From contig JBJMOW010000006.1 of NCBI GenBank assembly GCA_045803545.1, positions 32,001-96,000 on the forward strand: 64,000 nt of DNA, read 5' to 3'. Under the pieces are notes generated by a model. It saw only the letters and a list, made by a program, of their open reading frames with translations, was not told the origin of the DNA and did not search any database. The stretch's first letter is position 1. Every line of letters starts with the position of its first letter. The DNA is from Gemmatimonadaceae bacterium. GTDB taxonomy: Bacteria; Gemmatimonadota; Gemmatimonadetes; Gemmatimonadales; Gemmatimonadaceae. The position numbers and the translations under genes were made by a program. Shown here in pieces: positions 40,048 to 50,461 of this stretch.

Positions 40048-42309
40048 ATGGTGAAGTTGAATCACGCGTTTCTCCGCCCACGTGTTCACATATGGCTTAC
40101 AGCCTTCACTATAAACTCTGTCGGCCTTCCCAAACAGGTTGATCCTCCTCGACTGAGCTTCGCCGAGAGCGAGCTTCGAGCTTCCATTGCTGCCGGGGTT
40201 GGTTCATACGTCGGACCAGTATTCGCGGCTGTCACGAGCGGTGGATTTCATGCGTGCGCACTCACTGACCGAGGCGATGCCTATTGCTGGGGGCAAAACA
40301 ATTACGGCCAACTCGGCGATGGGACTGTTTTCGCGCGACGCGGGATGGTTCGAGTGGTGGGCGACCATAATTTCGTTGCTGTCGCAGCCGGCGCTGATTA
40401 CACCTGTGGACTCACAGGCGACCACGCGATTTATTGCTGGGGCAACAACACGTATGGCCAACTTGGAGACGGATCCAATACGCCCCGTTTAGAACCGACA
40501 AAAGTTTCGGGATCGGCGTCCTACATCTCCCTAGCGGTTGGTTGGATGCATAGTTGTGGAACGGGATCTAGCGGAACGCAGTGTTGGGGCGAAAACAACT
40601 CGGGTGAACTCGGAGATGGAACAACCGTCAATCGTAATGTTCCGACTCACATGTCCTTCGCGGTCTCCTTTCCCCGGATTGTCGCGGGGGCAGCCCATAC
40701 ATGTGGACTTAACGGCACACAAGCATTCTGCTGGGGCTCCAACGCGTTCGGTCAGCTTGGTACCGGCAATATCACTGATTCCCATTCACCTGTTGCCGTA
40801 GCTGGTAACCTTTCGTTTGACTCGATTAGCGCCGGTACATCTCACACTTGCGCGCTATCGACCGACAAAACCCCCTACTGCTGGGGACGGAATGGGGGCG
40901 GGCAGCTCGGGGATGGATCGACCACAAATAGATTGGTTCCTACCGCCACGAGTACCACGCTAGCGTTCGTAGCGGTTTCAGCGGGCGGAGCGTTCACGTG
41001 CGGCAGTACGCTTGCGGCAAGTTATTGCTGGGGGAATAATGCCACTGGAGCAGTTGGAGACGGATCTAAAGCGTCGCGTCTTACGCCAACTCAAATTATA
41101 CACTTTCGCGTCATCAGCGCAGGATCCTCGCACAATTGCGGTGTTTCCATTCTCCACGAAGTACTCTGTTGGGGAGGAAATTACAACGGAGAGTTTGGAG
41201 ACGGCACTACTACTACAAGCTACCCCACGCCGGTAGTGATTTCTCCGATCAGATTTTCGAAAATCTCCATCGGACTCTACCACACGTGCGGCATCACCAC
41301 GCTGGGAGCTTTGCTGTGTTGGGGCCGAAACTATCTCGGTCAATTGGGAGATGGCACTACGACGAACCGGCCCCGACCCACGCTAGTTGCATCGTCTGAG
41401 CTATTCACCTCTGTCGCGCTCGGGCTTACTCATACCTGTGCCGTCACAGTGTCGCGGAAGGTGTTTTGTTGGGGGCAGAATAATTTTGGTCAGTTGGGTG
41501 ACGGTACACTCGTTAGCAAGAATGTCCCCGTGCAAGTGACAACACCGGTCGGAGGCGTACCAAAGATGGTTGCTGCCGGAGAGTATTCGTCGTGCGCAAT
41601 CTGGTCGCAGGTATTTTGTTGGGGGAAAAACCAACTTGGGCAACTTGGTGACGGTACGACGCAAGACAAATTGATCCCGACTGCAGTTCTCACAGCTGGG
41701 ATGTTTGGCACTCCAATAACGGTGACCGTCGGTGGTAGCTTTGCGTGCGCAGTAGTAAGCGTGCCCACAAATCAACCAGCGTATTGTTGGGGACGAAACG
41801 ATTCCGGCGAGCTAGGCAACGGTCTCCAAACCGCATCACATTCGCCAGCCCCAGTCGTTGGAGGCTACGCGTTCGCAGCAGTCGGCGCAGGCGGTGCGCA
41901 TACATGTGCATTAACGACAGCTGGTGCCGCTTACTGCTGGGGATTGAACGGGGCCGGTCAACTCGGCGACGGTTCGACAACAAAGCGATCAACGCCCACG
42001 AAAGTACGCATTGGCGCATCCTTCGCCTCAATAAGTGCGGGCTTAAGCTTCACATGTGGGATTCGGCTTGGGGGTGGCACATACTGCTGGGGTATACAAG
42101 ACCACGGTGAACTCGGTGACGGGACTACCGCTCAAGCTCTCACTCCGCGGGGAATCAGTGGCGCGTTTACCTCGATCACCGCCGGTCTTCATCATTCCTG
42201 CGGGATCACGCAAGAGGGCAGCGCATTTTGCTGGGGCTGGGGAGAATTCGGGCAACTCGGAGACACCAGCTTCAGCGACAGTTATTTGCCTTCGCAGGTG
42301 CTGCCGTGA
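40048..42309 (+). CDS. RCC1-repeat protein (about 14 repeats)
   Basis: Repeated CWG.N..GQLGDG...P / G..HTC units; GGAGGTGA RBS. Confidence 0.92.
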   Translation: MVKLNHAFLRPRVHIWLTAFTINSVGLPKQVDPPRLSFAESELRASIAAGVGSYVGPVFAAVTSGGFHACALTDRGDAYCWGQNNYGQLGDGTVFARRGMVRVVGDHNFVAVAAGADYTCGLTGDHAIYCWGNNTYGQLGDGSNTPRLEPTKVSGSASYISLAVGWMHSCGTGSSGTQCWGENNSGELGDGTTVNRNVPTHMSFAVSFPRIVAGAAHTCGLNGTQAFCWGSNAFGQLGTGNITDSHSPVAVAGNLSFDSISAGTSHTCALSTDKTPYCWGRNGGGQLGDGSTTNRLVPTATSTTLAFVAVSAGGAFTCGSTLAASYCWGNNATGAVGDGSKASRLTPTQIIHFRVISAGSSHNCGVSILHEVLCWGGNYNGEFGDGTTTTSYPTPVVISPIRFSKISIGLYHTCGITTLGALLCWGRNYLGQLGDGTTTNRPRPTLVASSELFTSVALGLTHTCAVTVSRKVFCWGQNNFGQLGDGTLVSKNVPVQVTTPVGGVPKMVAAGEYSSCAIWSQVFCWGKNQLGQLGDGTTQDKLIPTAVLTAGMFGTPITVTVGGSFACAVVSVPTNQPAYCWGRNDSGELGNGLQTASHSPAPVVGGYAFAAVGAGGAHTCALTTAGAAYCWGLNGAGQLGDGSTTKRSTPTKVRIGASFASISAGLSFTCGIRLGGGTYCWGIQDHGELGDGTTAQALTPRGISGAFTSITAGLHHSCGITQEGSAFCWGWGEFGQLGDTSFSDSYLPSQVLP

Positions 42310-42564
42310 GAGGAGGAAAGGACAACTGTGTCCGCCACAATGATCCAATCAGCGTCATTTTTTTTCTGTGGCTGCGAAAGTCGCTCTCTCTTACCGGTCG
42401 GGTCAATGACTCGTGGAACGCGTCACCCGCGAACACCACAAGACGAGTGCGCAGTGAATTAAGGGGAGGCCTGCGCTCGTGGAAAGGAGCACCCGACTTC
42501 CCGGAAAGGCAGCTGGCTCAAAACGCCGACTGCCTTACCTTATCGCGACGCTGGCTCTCCTCGG

Positions 42565-45500
42565 TCAAAATGCCCCGAGCGACTTGAACTTCGCAGTCGC
42601 ACCGTCCCACACATAAGTCAGCGAGACATTGCCAGCCGGGCGCTTCATCAGAAGTGTAGGGACACTCAGGTTAGATCCATTGACCGACACTCCCTCAATT
42701 ACTCTCAGGCCAATCGCCTCATTGTCTTTCCTGCCGTGCGAGATAGTTGGTAGAAGCGACGACCAGTCTCGCAACGCCTCGTTCCACTCAAGAAATCGAA
42801 CAACATTTCCATGCGCTGCATCGCTAAGCCAGGCTAATTGACGTCCTGTCACGCCCACCCCGAAAGTGCCGGACACCATACGGGAGACGATTCCTGGTGT
42901 CGAGGGCGTGCGACTATAAACGGAGTACCCGTCAAACCCTTGTGTCGGCGTAGGTCGATGAAGTGATACGTAGTGTAGCTGTCCCCGGCCGTCGTCTATT
43001 ACAAAACTGAGATGAGCGGGATTGATTGATGTCTCGAAATTCCCGCTGAGCAACCTTGGGTCGGTGACGACATTCTGTCCGACGGATTCGATGAGTATGT
43101 GAGTATCAGCCGGGTCTCCGGAAAGCGGTACAACCGTCCATGCAGGAGACGTGGGATCGTAGGAGAGGACAAAAAAAGTGAGATACTTGCGCGTCAGCAC
43201 GATATTCGGTCCGGTCCCCAAAGGTATTTGCTTGGTGACCTCCCCGATGCATCCTAAAGCCTGACGACCGTTAATCACGCCTACAGGGCTGACGAGCCTA
43301 ATCCGTTGGGACGATGTCGTGCCCAGCATCGCCGAATTAATCCGAGTGCCTGACAGGGGCGGGCTGTAGTTCAAGGGGTTAGCTCGAACGAACATGGTCG
43401 TCGGCAAATCAAACCGTACCGCGTTGATAAGGTTATTTTGCCAGCTGACGAGAAGCCTTCTGCTCGTTCCGTCAACGTCGGCTACCGTCACGCCGTCCAC
43501 TGGTTGATTGTTCGGAAAGACAATTTGCGGTGAAGCTGTACCAGTGGCATTCGGAGACCGCCCGCCGAGAGGCACCCATTTGGCCTGCGTGGCATCGTAA
43601 TGGTAGGCGAGGAAGCTGAAACCTGGTTCCGGGGAAAATGCTGGCCAGAAGTTCGTCGGATGAAGTTGGAGCACAACGTCCTGTGTGCCGTCGCCATCAA
43701 AATCCGCGACTCCCGTCAACTCCCCAAAGGGCAAACCCCACGTATCGATTGCTTGATCGGCAGTTGATAGGTTCGGATCGCGGACGTGCACCCAAAAGTG
43801 ATCGGCCGCACCGGTTGGGGTCATTGCCCAGAACATTCCACTATTCGCGCCCGAATAACTATCGTTGGGCCCAAGACGTTGCTGAGCAAAGACACCCGTT
43901 GGCAGCGCCGATGAGTAGGTGATTGGCAACGGACTGTTCGGGATCCGTCGATAGCGTCTTGCGACATCAACAGCTGCGTAAGAGTCCAGGAACCCCCACC
44001 CAAACTTGGTCGTGTAACCACTCGCGTCTTCGAGCGCCGCTTGGCCAGCGGCTTTCCGAGTCGTTCGTTGGAGAATATCGAAGATTTCTGTAGGGGTGAG
44101 TGATATGTCTAAGTCTTTCATGATCGCAGCAGTTCCCGCCACGACCGCTGACGCGACCGACGAGCCACCACTGCCAGTCCCGGCGAAAGTAACGCTTGTA
44201 CCGTTCGTACTATAGAATGGCCAAGCGCCATCGTCGACAACCACGTCTAACCCATTGCCCGAGCTTCCAAGCATGGTCGCGGCGGCATAATCCCCCCATC
44301 CAGCAGCAAAGACATGAGGCTGGTCGGCGGGAGTAGCAAGTGTCGTAGTGAACGCCGGGTTGTTTCCAGCAGAAGCGGTTGCAAACACCCCAGGCGTGTA
44401 GCCACAGCTTGTCACCCACCAGTCCATCCAGTCTGCAACATTACCCGCTTCCCATAACTGCGACTGCTCGGCAAAGCTCATGTTTGCAGTTTCAAGCCCA
44501 CCAAGCGCGAGATGACACATCCGGATAAGTGCGTCGACCCAAGTTTCCAAGAAGTGGTCGGCCGTCTCGTCGAAATGTGTCCAATGGTTTCCTTCGAAAT
44601 CCGCAGACGTTATCCAGTCGGGCCTCACGGGAATAATCTCCGCTCCGGGCGCTACACCAACCTGGTTATTAGAGGCCTGCGCGACACCTCCGATGACGCC
44701 GGACATTAGCAGACCATGCATGATGGTCGCGTTCGCCGTGAGACTTAAAGGGGTCATAGGATTGTGATCGCCGTCGGCGGCATCGTATCCTATCAAATTG
44801 AAGTAGATCTGCGTGTGCGGGTCAAAGTCCCAATCGATTACGGCGACTTGCTGACGTGACCCTAAGAACTGCCCGGCAGCGGGATAGTAATCCGAAGGCC
44901 TTAACAGGGACCATGCAAGGTCTACGTAATTTCGCCTCTCGAACGAGTTCGCCGAGACCATCGGCAGTTCCACCCGCCGCAGGTGGTGACCCAAAGCGTG
45001 AAAATCCGCCGCGGCAAGCCGCACACCCTTGAGCCCTTGCAGTTGTGAGGCGATCGCGAATGCGTCGGCACGTTGCTCGTCTCGCAGCCATATTTTGACG
45101 ATCCGAGTATCGAACACCACAGAATCAGCCGAGAGTGAGGGCCAGGTTCGCTGAATCGCAAGACGAGCGGGAGGTGCATCCTTGGCCGAGAAACCGGCAA
45201 CTGAGGAATCGCGCATTTCCTCCCTGCGCCGGCGAGGAGCAGCTTTAAGCGGGGACACACTTTCGATTCTCAGAGGTCCTACCGTAGCTACGAGCGCTCG
45301 CCGGCGCGCAGACGAAATGGTATCGTCGAAGAGAACTATTATCTCCCCCGTCGGAAAGACCCGCAGTGAATCGTTGAATATGAACCCACGAGTTAGCCGA
45401 ACCCGAGCGGTTGGTTCGATCGTGGAAATTGCTGATGTAAGATCTGCCAGATCACTCGCGGCGACTGGAGTCTGGAGACGATGCGCAAAAAACAACAGCT

Positions 45501-45780
45501 GCGAGGAACGCTTGTAATGAGTGGTCCATTTGGAGCTGACTCCGGTAGGAAGTGCTTTTTGTAATCTCACTCGTTGGCTTGAATCAACTCCTTGCATAAG
45601 CAACACGTCCGACGCTAAACGCGGGGTTACCTTGTTTTGATTGCCGGTGCTCGCGGCGCGAGGCTGCGCGCCGCCGGTCACCGGTGCGGCACAAGCCACG
45701 ATGAAGGCGCCTACGGCTAATTGGTATCGCACGGGAAGCTCCGTGTTGGTTTTACGCGTGGGCTTGGCGCAGTTGCACAC
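42565..45780 (-). CDS. Exported S8 (subtilisin-like) peptidase with FG-GAP-like C-terminal region
   Basis: VAVID, HGLLMSGVIG, GVAPGA, SAGN, GGSSVASAVVAG, FGWGFLD; ADFDGDGTQDVV. Start uncertain. Confidence 0.8.
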   Translation of the reverse strand: MCNCAKPTRKTNTELPVRYQLAVGAFIVACAAPVTGGAQPRAASTGNQNKVTPRLASDVLLMQGVDSSQRVRLQKALPTGVSSKWTTHYKRSSQLLFFAHRLQTPVAASDLADLTSAISTIEPTARVRLTRGFIFNDSLRVFPTGEIIVLFDDTISSARRRALVATVGPLRIESVSPLKAAPRRRREEMRDSSVAGFSAKDAPPARLAIQRTWPSLSADSVVFDTRIVKIWLRDEQRADAFAIASQLQGLKGVRLAAADFHALGHHLRRVELPMVSANSFERRNYVDLAWSLLRPSDYYPAAGQFLGSRQQVAVIDWDFDPHTQIYFNLIGYDAADGDHNPMTPLSLTANATIMHGLLMSGVIGGVAQASNNQVGVAPGAEIIPVRPDWITSADFEGNHWTHFDETADHFLETWVDALIRMCHLALGGLETANMSFAEQSQLWEAGNVADWMDWWVTSCGYTPGVFATASAGNNPAFTTTLATPADQPHVFAAGWGDYAAATMLGSSGNGLDVVVDDGAWPFYSTNGTSVTFAGTGSGGSSVASAVVAGTAAIMKDLDISLTPTEIFDILQRTTRKAAGQAALEDASGYTTKFGWGFLDSYAAVDVARRYRRIPNSPLPITYSSALPTGVFAQQRLGPNDSYSGANSGMFWAMTPTGAADHFWVHVRDPNLSTADQAIDTWGLPFGELTGVADFDGDGTQDVVLQLHPTNFWPAFSPEPGFSFLAYHYDATQAKWVPLGGRSPNATGTASPQIVFPNNQPVDGVTVADVDGTSRRLLVSWQNNLINAVRFDLPTTMFVRANPLNYSPPLSGTRINSAMLGTTSSQRIRLVSPVGVINGRQALGCIGEVTKQIPLGTGPNIVLTRKYLTFFVLSYDPTSPAWTVVPLSGDPADTHILIESVGQNVVTDPRLLSGNFETSINPAHLSFVIDDGRGQLHYVSLHRPTPTQGFDGYSVYSRTPSTPGIVSRMVSGTFGVGVTGRQLAWLSDAAHGNVVRFLEWNEALRDWSSLLPTISHGRKDNEAIGLRVIEGVSVNGSNLSVPTLLMKRPAGNVSLTYVWDGATAKFKSLGAF

Positions 45781-46046
45781 GCGACGCTAACCGTTTCTGT
45801 CGACAGGGCAATGCTCATTCTTTATCATCGCGGTGTCGTTTTTTTGTCAGGTAGCATCGAGCAATACGTCCATCGCGGCGACGTGAACATTCGCGAAAGA
45901 AAGAGAATCGACATCTCCTGACAAGAAACAGGCATCGCCTCATCGGGAAATCGCCGACACCTTAAGAACAGTCCTGGGGGTGTTCGAATGCATATCGGTC
46001 TAGCATCCGCTCGAACACGTACGTTCGCCGCCAGTTCGCGATACGC

Positions 46047-46961
46047 GTGAGAATCGCGGCGTTTCTCGCCAACTCGCAGACGGCGCACGTAATGGCGGCG
46101 CTCGGGGCACATGACGAGATGTGCGTCGCCGAATCCTGGGATGCGCTGGAGACACTGATAAGGCGCGAACCGCTTAGCGTCGTAGTCTTCAGCCCTGCCG
46201 CGGATGGAACGATGGATGTCTCGCGCGCGTGCAAACTCATTCGCCGATTCAGCTCGATTCCGTTCGTCGCTTACGTACCGCTTGACGCATCCTTTGCGCG
46301 CGGCATCGCGCACATGTCGAACGATGGAATGCAGGACCTCGTCGTCGTTCGCGCCAACGACACGCCCGAGCGGTTCAGGGAAGTGTTGCTGCGTGTGAGT
46401 GCAATGCCGGAGCTATCGGTGCTCGTTGGCTCGCTTGAGAAATGGCTCTGTCAGCTGCCGTCGAGTCTGACGCAGGTTCTCATCGATGCGCTCCGGCAAC
46501 CGCACAGATATCCATGCGCCGAGACGATCGCGACCTCGGCGGGGATGACTGTGAGTGCGCTCTATCGAAGTTTCAGGAGTGCGCGACTTAATTCACCGAA
46601 GAGCTTTGTCGTTGGCGCGCACGTCTTCAGGGGCTACATCTACTTGAAGGACATTGGATTCTCGGTGAGAGACATCGCGGCCAAACTGGGCTACACACAC
46701 CCGCGCATTTTCGCTCACCAGATCGAGTGCGTGTTCGGCGAACGACCGTCGAGAGTTCGTCGCACTATGGGAATGGAAGACGCTGTGCAACGGCTCGTGC
46801 TGTGGTTTAGCTCCCGAGAACGAGCGAGTTGCACCCATCTGCCCGAAGGAGTGAACACGATGGCTCCTTCGGCCAAGCGCTCCGCCATGGCAACTTTGCT
46901 GCTCGCCATTCTGCCGGCGGTCAAAGCTCACATCGAATTATTTACGGCGCTGATCCAATAG
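46047..46961 (+). CDS. AraC-family transcriptional regulator
   Basis: IATSAGMTVSALYRSF and SVRDIAAKLGY...F..VFGERPS double HTH. Confidence 0.8.
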   Translation: MRIAAFLANSQTAHVMAALGAHDEMCVAESWDALETLIRREPLSVVVFSPAADGTMDVSRACKLIRRFSSIPFVAYVPLDASFARGIAHMSNDGMQDLVVVRANDTPERFREVLLRVSAMPELSVLVGSLEKWLCQLPSSLTQVLIDALRQPHRYPCAETIATSAGMTVSALYRSFRSARLNSPKSFVVGAHVFRGYIYLKDIGFSVRDIAAKLGYTHPRIFAHQIECVFGERPSRVRRTMGMEDAVQRLVLWFSSRERASCTHLPEGVNTMAPSAKRSAMATLLLAILPAVKAHIELFTALIQ

Positions 46962-46988
46962 CTGCGCGATCTTCCTTGCGTTCGCGCG

Positions 46989-48530
46989 CTACCGCCAGTC
47001 GGGCTGCCAGTAATCGTGGCAGCAGCCTGTCGCCGTCGGAAACCGCAGCGTGACGGAGACACCGTCACTGACGCGAATGACGCGCAGGCCCGAGGCATCG
47101 GCGTTGCGACCGATCACGTACGTGCCGTCGGGTGACCACCCGATTCCCGGGCTCAGATCGACGCTGCCCAAAACTCGGCGGCCGCTTCCGTCTGCACTGA
47201 TTATCGTTGCCACTCCATTGTACGACTGGTACGAGGTGGGGCCGCCGAGATACACAATACGATCGTCCTGGGTAGACCAGCGTGGGGAGTTGACGTTGTT
47301 GTCGAGCACGGTCGTCGAACCGCTGGCGACATCGAGCACACGCAGTTCACCCGGATATGTAGACGCAACGTAAACGACGCGCGTACCGTCGTGTGAGACG
47401 TCGGCGCCACCATAAGTCCTTCCGACTCCTGGAAGTGCGACGACGAACGTGATCGTGTTATCGGTCGCGACGCGCCACAGTGAAGGGTCGGAATGCGAAA
47501 AGTCGGCGTGGCGCATGCCGACGACCAGCACCGTGCCATCCGCCAGATAGCGGGTGGACATGATAAGGTCAAACCCGATGTCGGCTCCAATATCCCGTCG
47601 CGCAACCCCAGTCGTGTCGATGATGATCAGATCGTTGGGTGGACCGCCGACGTAAGACGCGGTTCCCGCATGCAGCGTGAGCCGCTGTCGCGTAGGATCA
47701 AATTGCGGAAACGCTCCATAGTCACTCGAGACGCCGCCAGTTATCGTGCGCTCGGCGGTCCCATCTGTGTTCACCAGCCGCACTGTTTGTTCATCGCTCG
47801 ACCACACCAGCAAGCGACCCGGCGCCACGACTCGTACTCTGGCAGAGTCGAAGAACGAATTGTACCTCGCGAGAACCCACTGGTTGCCCATGTCTAGTGC
47901 GGTCACCACGCCGGTTGCCGCGTTGAGCGCAATTGCATTCCCAGCGCCGAGGCTCAAGGTTGCCGTTTCTGTGCGCGCGTTCGAGTAACGGTCGACAACG
48001 CGGCCGCCTAACGTTGCGGTACCACCAATGCTGAGAGCGGTATCGATGGCTCCGGCTGCGCGCACGCCAGCGGGCGCGCCCGGTGTGATTGTGTACTTGG
48101 CTGAATCAGCAAAGCCGAACTCCGGAACAATCACCCGCACGAAATACGGCCCGGCGATGACGCCCATCTGCACTCTGACCTCGGCGCGTCCGCGACTATC
48201 GGTTGTGTCGATCACGACCTGTCCAAAGCAATTCAGCGCCTCAAGGGCACAAAGGGGCACGGCCGGGCGCGGGTAAAACTGAGGCGTTTGGGCCGTCAGC
48301 TGTGACTCGAAGCGCACAATGACACCACGTGCGACCGAACCGTTCGCCCCTCGCACTTCAACCACCAGCGCCTGCAAGGGCGTGACGTCGACAGTGTCGG
48401 TTACGTCCGCGCCCGCGACGATGTGCACTCCCGGCTTGCCACCAGGTCCGGTGGCATCGCCGCAACGAGCGAGCAACGCTATGAGGGAAATGGAGTAGGC
48501 AACACGCGCGGTGCGCCGGAAACCGGGCAG
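46989..48530 (-). CDS. Lipoprotein with Ig-like and TolB/PD40-like propeller domains
   Basis: Lipobox-like LLARC; TTDSRGRA Ig-like segment; SPRWS and WSPDG repeats. Probable CTG start at 48530 after AAAGGAG. Confidence 0.7.
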   Translation of the reverse strand: MPGFRRTARVAYSISLIALLARCGDATGPGGKPGVHIVAGADVTDTVDVTPLQALVVEVRGANGSVARGVIVRFESQLTAQTPQFYPRPAVPLCALEALNCFGQVVIDTTDSRGRAEVRVQMGVIAGPYFVRVIVPEFGFADSAKYTITPGAPAGVRAAGAIDTALSIGGTATLGGRVVDRYSNARTETATLSLGAGNAIALNAATGVVTALDMGNQWVLARYNSFFDSARVRVVAPGRLLVWSSDEQTVRLVNTDGTAERTITGGVSSDYGAFPQFDPTRQRLTLHAGTASYVGGPPNDLIIIDTTGVARRDIGADIGFDLIMSTRYLADGTVLVVGMRHADFSHSDPSLWRVATDNTITFVVALPGVGRTYGGADVSHDGTRVVYVASTYPGELRVLDVASGSTTVLDNNVNSPRWSTQDDRIVYLGGPTSYQSYNGVATIISADGSGRRVLGSVDLSPGIGWSPDGTYVIGRNADASGLRVIRVSDGVSVTLRFPTATGCCHDYWQPDWR

Positions 48531-48697
48531 GGGATGCTCCTTTGTCTGGTGATTAAGTGCGCCCTTAACATAAGACTCATGGATGAGCCTGACCAGACGT
48601 TTGCGAGAGTCTCCGATACCTACTGCTGCTGCGGCGACGTCCGTCTGGCGAAGACGTCGAGGCGTTGCGACCAGTGTGGTTGAACGTCAACGACTCA

Positions 48698-50461
48698 ATG
48701 GACATCTCGTTGTTCTGTCGACCTGCTCGAGCGTGTCTCGCGGCTGTGATGTTGTGCGCGCTCACCACCTCGGCCGGTGCTCAGGCGCACGATATCCGCG
48801 TCCGTGACTACGGCACGCTACTCACGGTTCACTCCGATGGCACTGTCGACGTCGTTGAGCGACTGACTATCCACTTCAGTGGCGAGTGGCACGGTCTCAA
48901 TCGCGATCTGTTGCTTCGTCATACAACCGCGCAGGGCCGACAGGTCAAGCTCGATGTCGAAGACGGACCGATTACCGATTCCGCCGGCAATCCTCTGGTG
49001 GTTGAGCATCAGACACAGGACGCCGGTTGGACGCGCCGCTACCATATCTACATACCGGGCGCAGTGGATGCCGATCGAACAATCCTGATTCACTATCGCC
49101 TGAAAAACGCGATTCGCTTCTTCTTCAAGTCGAGCGACGTTGGCGAGCTCGACGAGCTTTATTGGAATGTCACCGGGAACGCCTGGACGATGTTCATCGA
49201 CAGCGTTCACGCGCGAGTCGTGCTCCCCCACGATGTACAGCCGACGCAGGTCGCAGTTTACACCGGACCCGAAGGATCGCGCGCATCGGACGCAGCCATC
49301 GAGCGACACGGCAACGAGGTCGCGTTCAGTACCCGTCACCGCCTCCCTCCCTACGCGGGGCTGACTATTGCGGTCGGGTGGCCCGCCGGACACGTCGAAG
49401 GTCGGCCTACTCAGGCGCATGAGCAGGTGATGCAGATCGTTGGCTGGACTCCACTTCTGATTCCGCTACTCGTCTTTTGGTTCGCGTATAGTGCGTGGAG
49501 CAAGCACGGACGCGACCCGAAGGAAGGATCGTACGTCGTGCGCTACGAGCCCATCGCAGGAGCCTCTGCTGCGGAGCTGGGGACTCTCGTCGACAACCGC
49601 GCCGACATGGCTGACATCACCGCCACACTGGTCGACCTCGCCGTGCGCGGATTCATTCGCATCGAGGAGATCACCGCGAGCTATATGCCCGCCCTGCGCA
49701 GCAACACGGACTACGTCATTCACCTCCTTCGCGATCCATTGCTGTCGAAGGAACTCAAACCCTACGAGCAACGGTATCTGGAGGAGTTAGCCAAGCTCGC
49801 ACCGATCGGCGAATCATCGGTGAAGGCCTCCGATCTACGAAGCGAGTTTTACAAGGCACTCCCGGAGATCACAGACACCATCTACGACAGCCTTGTCGAA
49901 AAGGGTTACTACCGCGACCGTCCGGACAAGGTGCGGTCGAAATGGGGCAACGGAGCTTTCTACAGCATGGTGGCGGGTGTCCTCATCTCGTTCTTCGTGG
50001 TCAAGGAAATGTGGACTCCCACCACTCCTCTTGCGGTGATCACAGCCACCTTCCTAAGCACGATCACGTTGTTCGTGTTCGCGGCGATCATGCCCGCCCG
50101 CACCGAAGCCGGCGCCCGCGCGCATGAAGCTACGCTCGGCTTCAAGGAATTCCTGGCGCGGGTGGAGGAAGAGCGCTATAAGAAACTGATCACGTCGCCG
50201 GACCAGTTCGAGCGATTTCTCCCCTATGCGATGGCGTTCGGTGTCGCAGAGAAGTGGGCGAACGCGTTCAAGGACATCTATCGCGATCCGCCAACGTGGT
50301 ACGTCGGCGGAACTGGACAGTTCAACGTGTCGAGCTTCTCGCACGACGTCAGCACCATGTCAAGCGTGATGTCGAGCAGCATGTCGTCGAGCTCGTCGGG
50401 GTCTGGTGGCGGCGGGTCGAGTGGCGGTGGAAGCGGAGGGGGTGGGGGGAGCGGGTTCTAA
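48698..50461 (+). CDS. DUF2207 membrane protein (copy A)
   Basis: DELYWNVTG, ATLVDLAVRG, GFKEFL, FERFLPYAMAFG, Gly/Ser tail ending GGGSGF. Confidence 0.9.
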   Translation: MDISLFCRPARACLAAVMLCALTTSAGAQAHDIRVRDYGTLLTVHSDGTVDVVERLTIHFSGEWHGLNRDLLLRHTTAQGRQVKLDVEDGPITDSAGNPLVVEHQTQDAGWTRRYHIYIPGAVDADRTILIHYRLKNAIRFFFKSSDVGELDELYWNVTGNAWTMFIDSVHARVVLPHDVQPTQVAVYTGPEGSRASDAAIERHGNEVAFSTRHRLPPYAGLTIAVGWPAGHVEGRPTQAHEQVMQIVGWTPLLIPLLVFWFAYSAWSKHGRDPKEGSYVVRYEPIAGASAAELGTLVDNRADMADITATLVDLAVRGFIRIEEITASYMPALRSNTDYVIHLLRDPLLSKELKPYEQRYLEELAKLAPIGESSVKASDLRSEFYKALPEITDTIYDSLVEKGYYRDRPDKVRSKWGNGAFYSMVAGVLISFFVVKEMWTPTTPLAVITATFLSTITLFVFAAIMPARTEAGARAHEATLGFKEFLARVEEERYKKLITSPDQFERFLPYAMAFGVAEKWANAFKDIYRDPPTWYVGGTGQFNVSSFSHDVSTMSSVMSSSMSSSSSGSGGGGSSGGGSGGGGGSGF

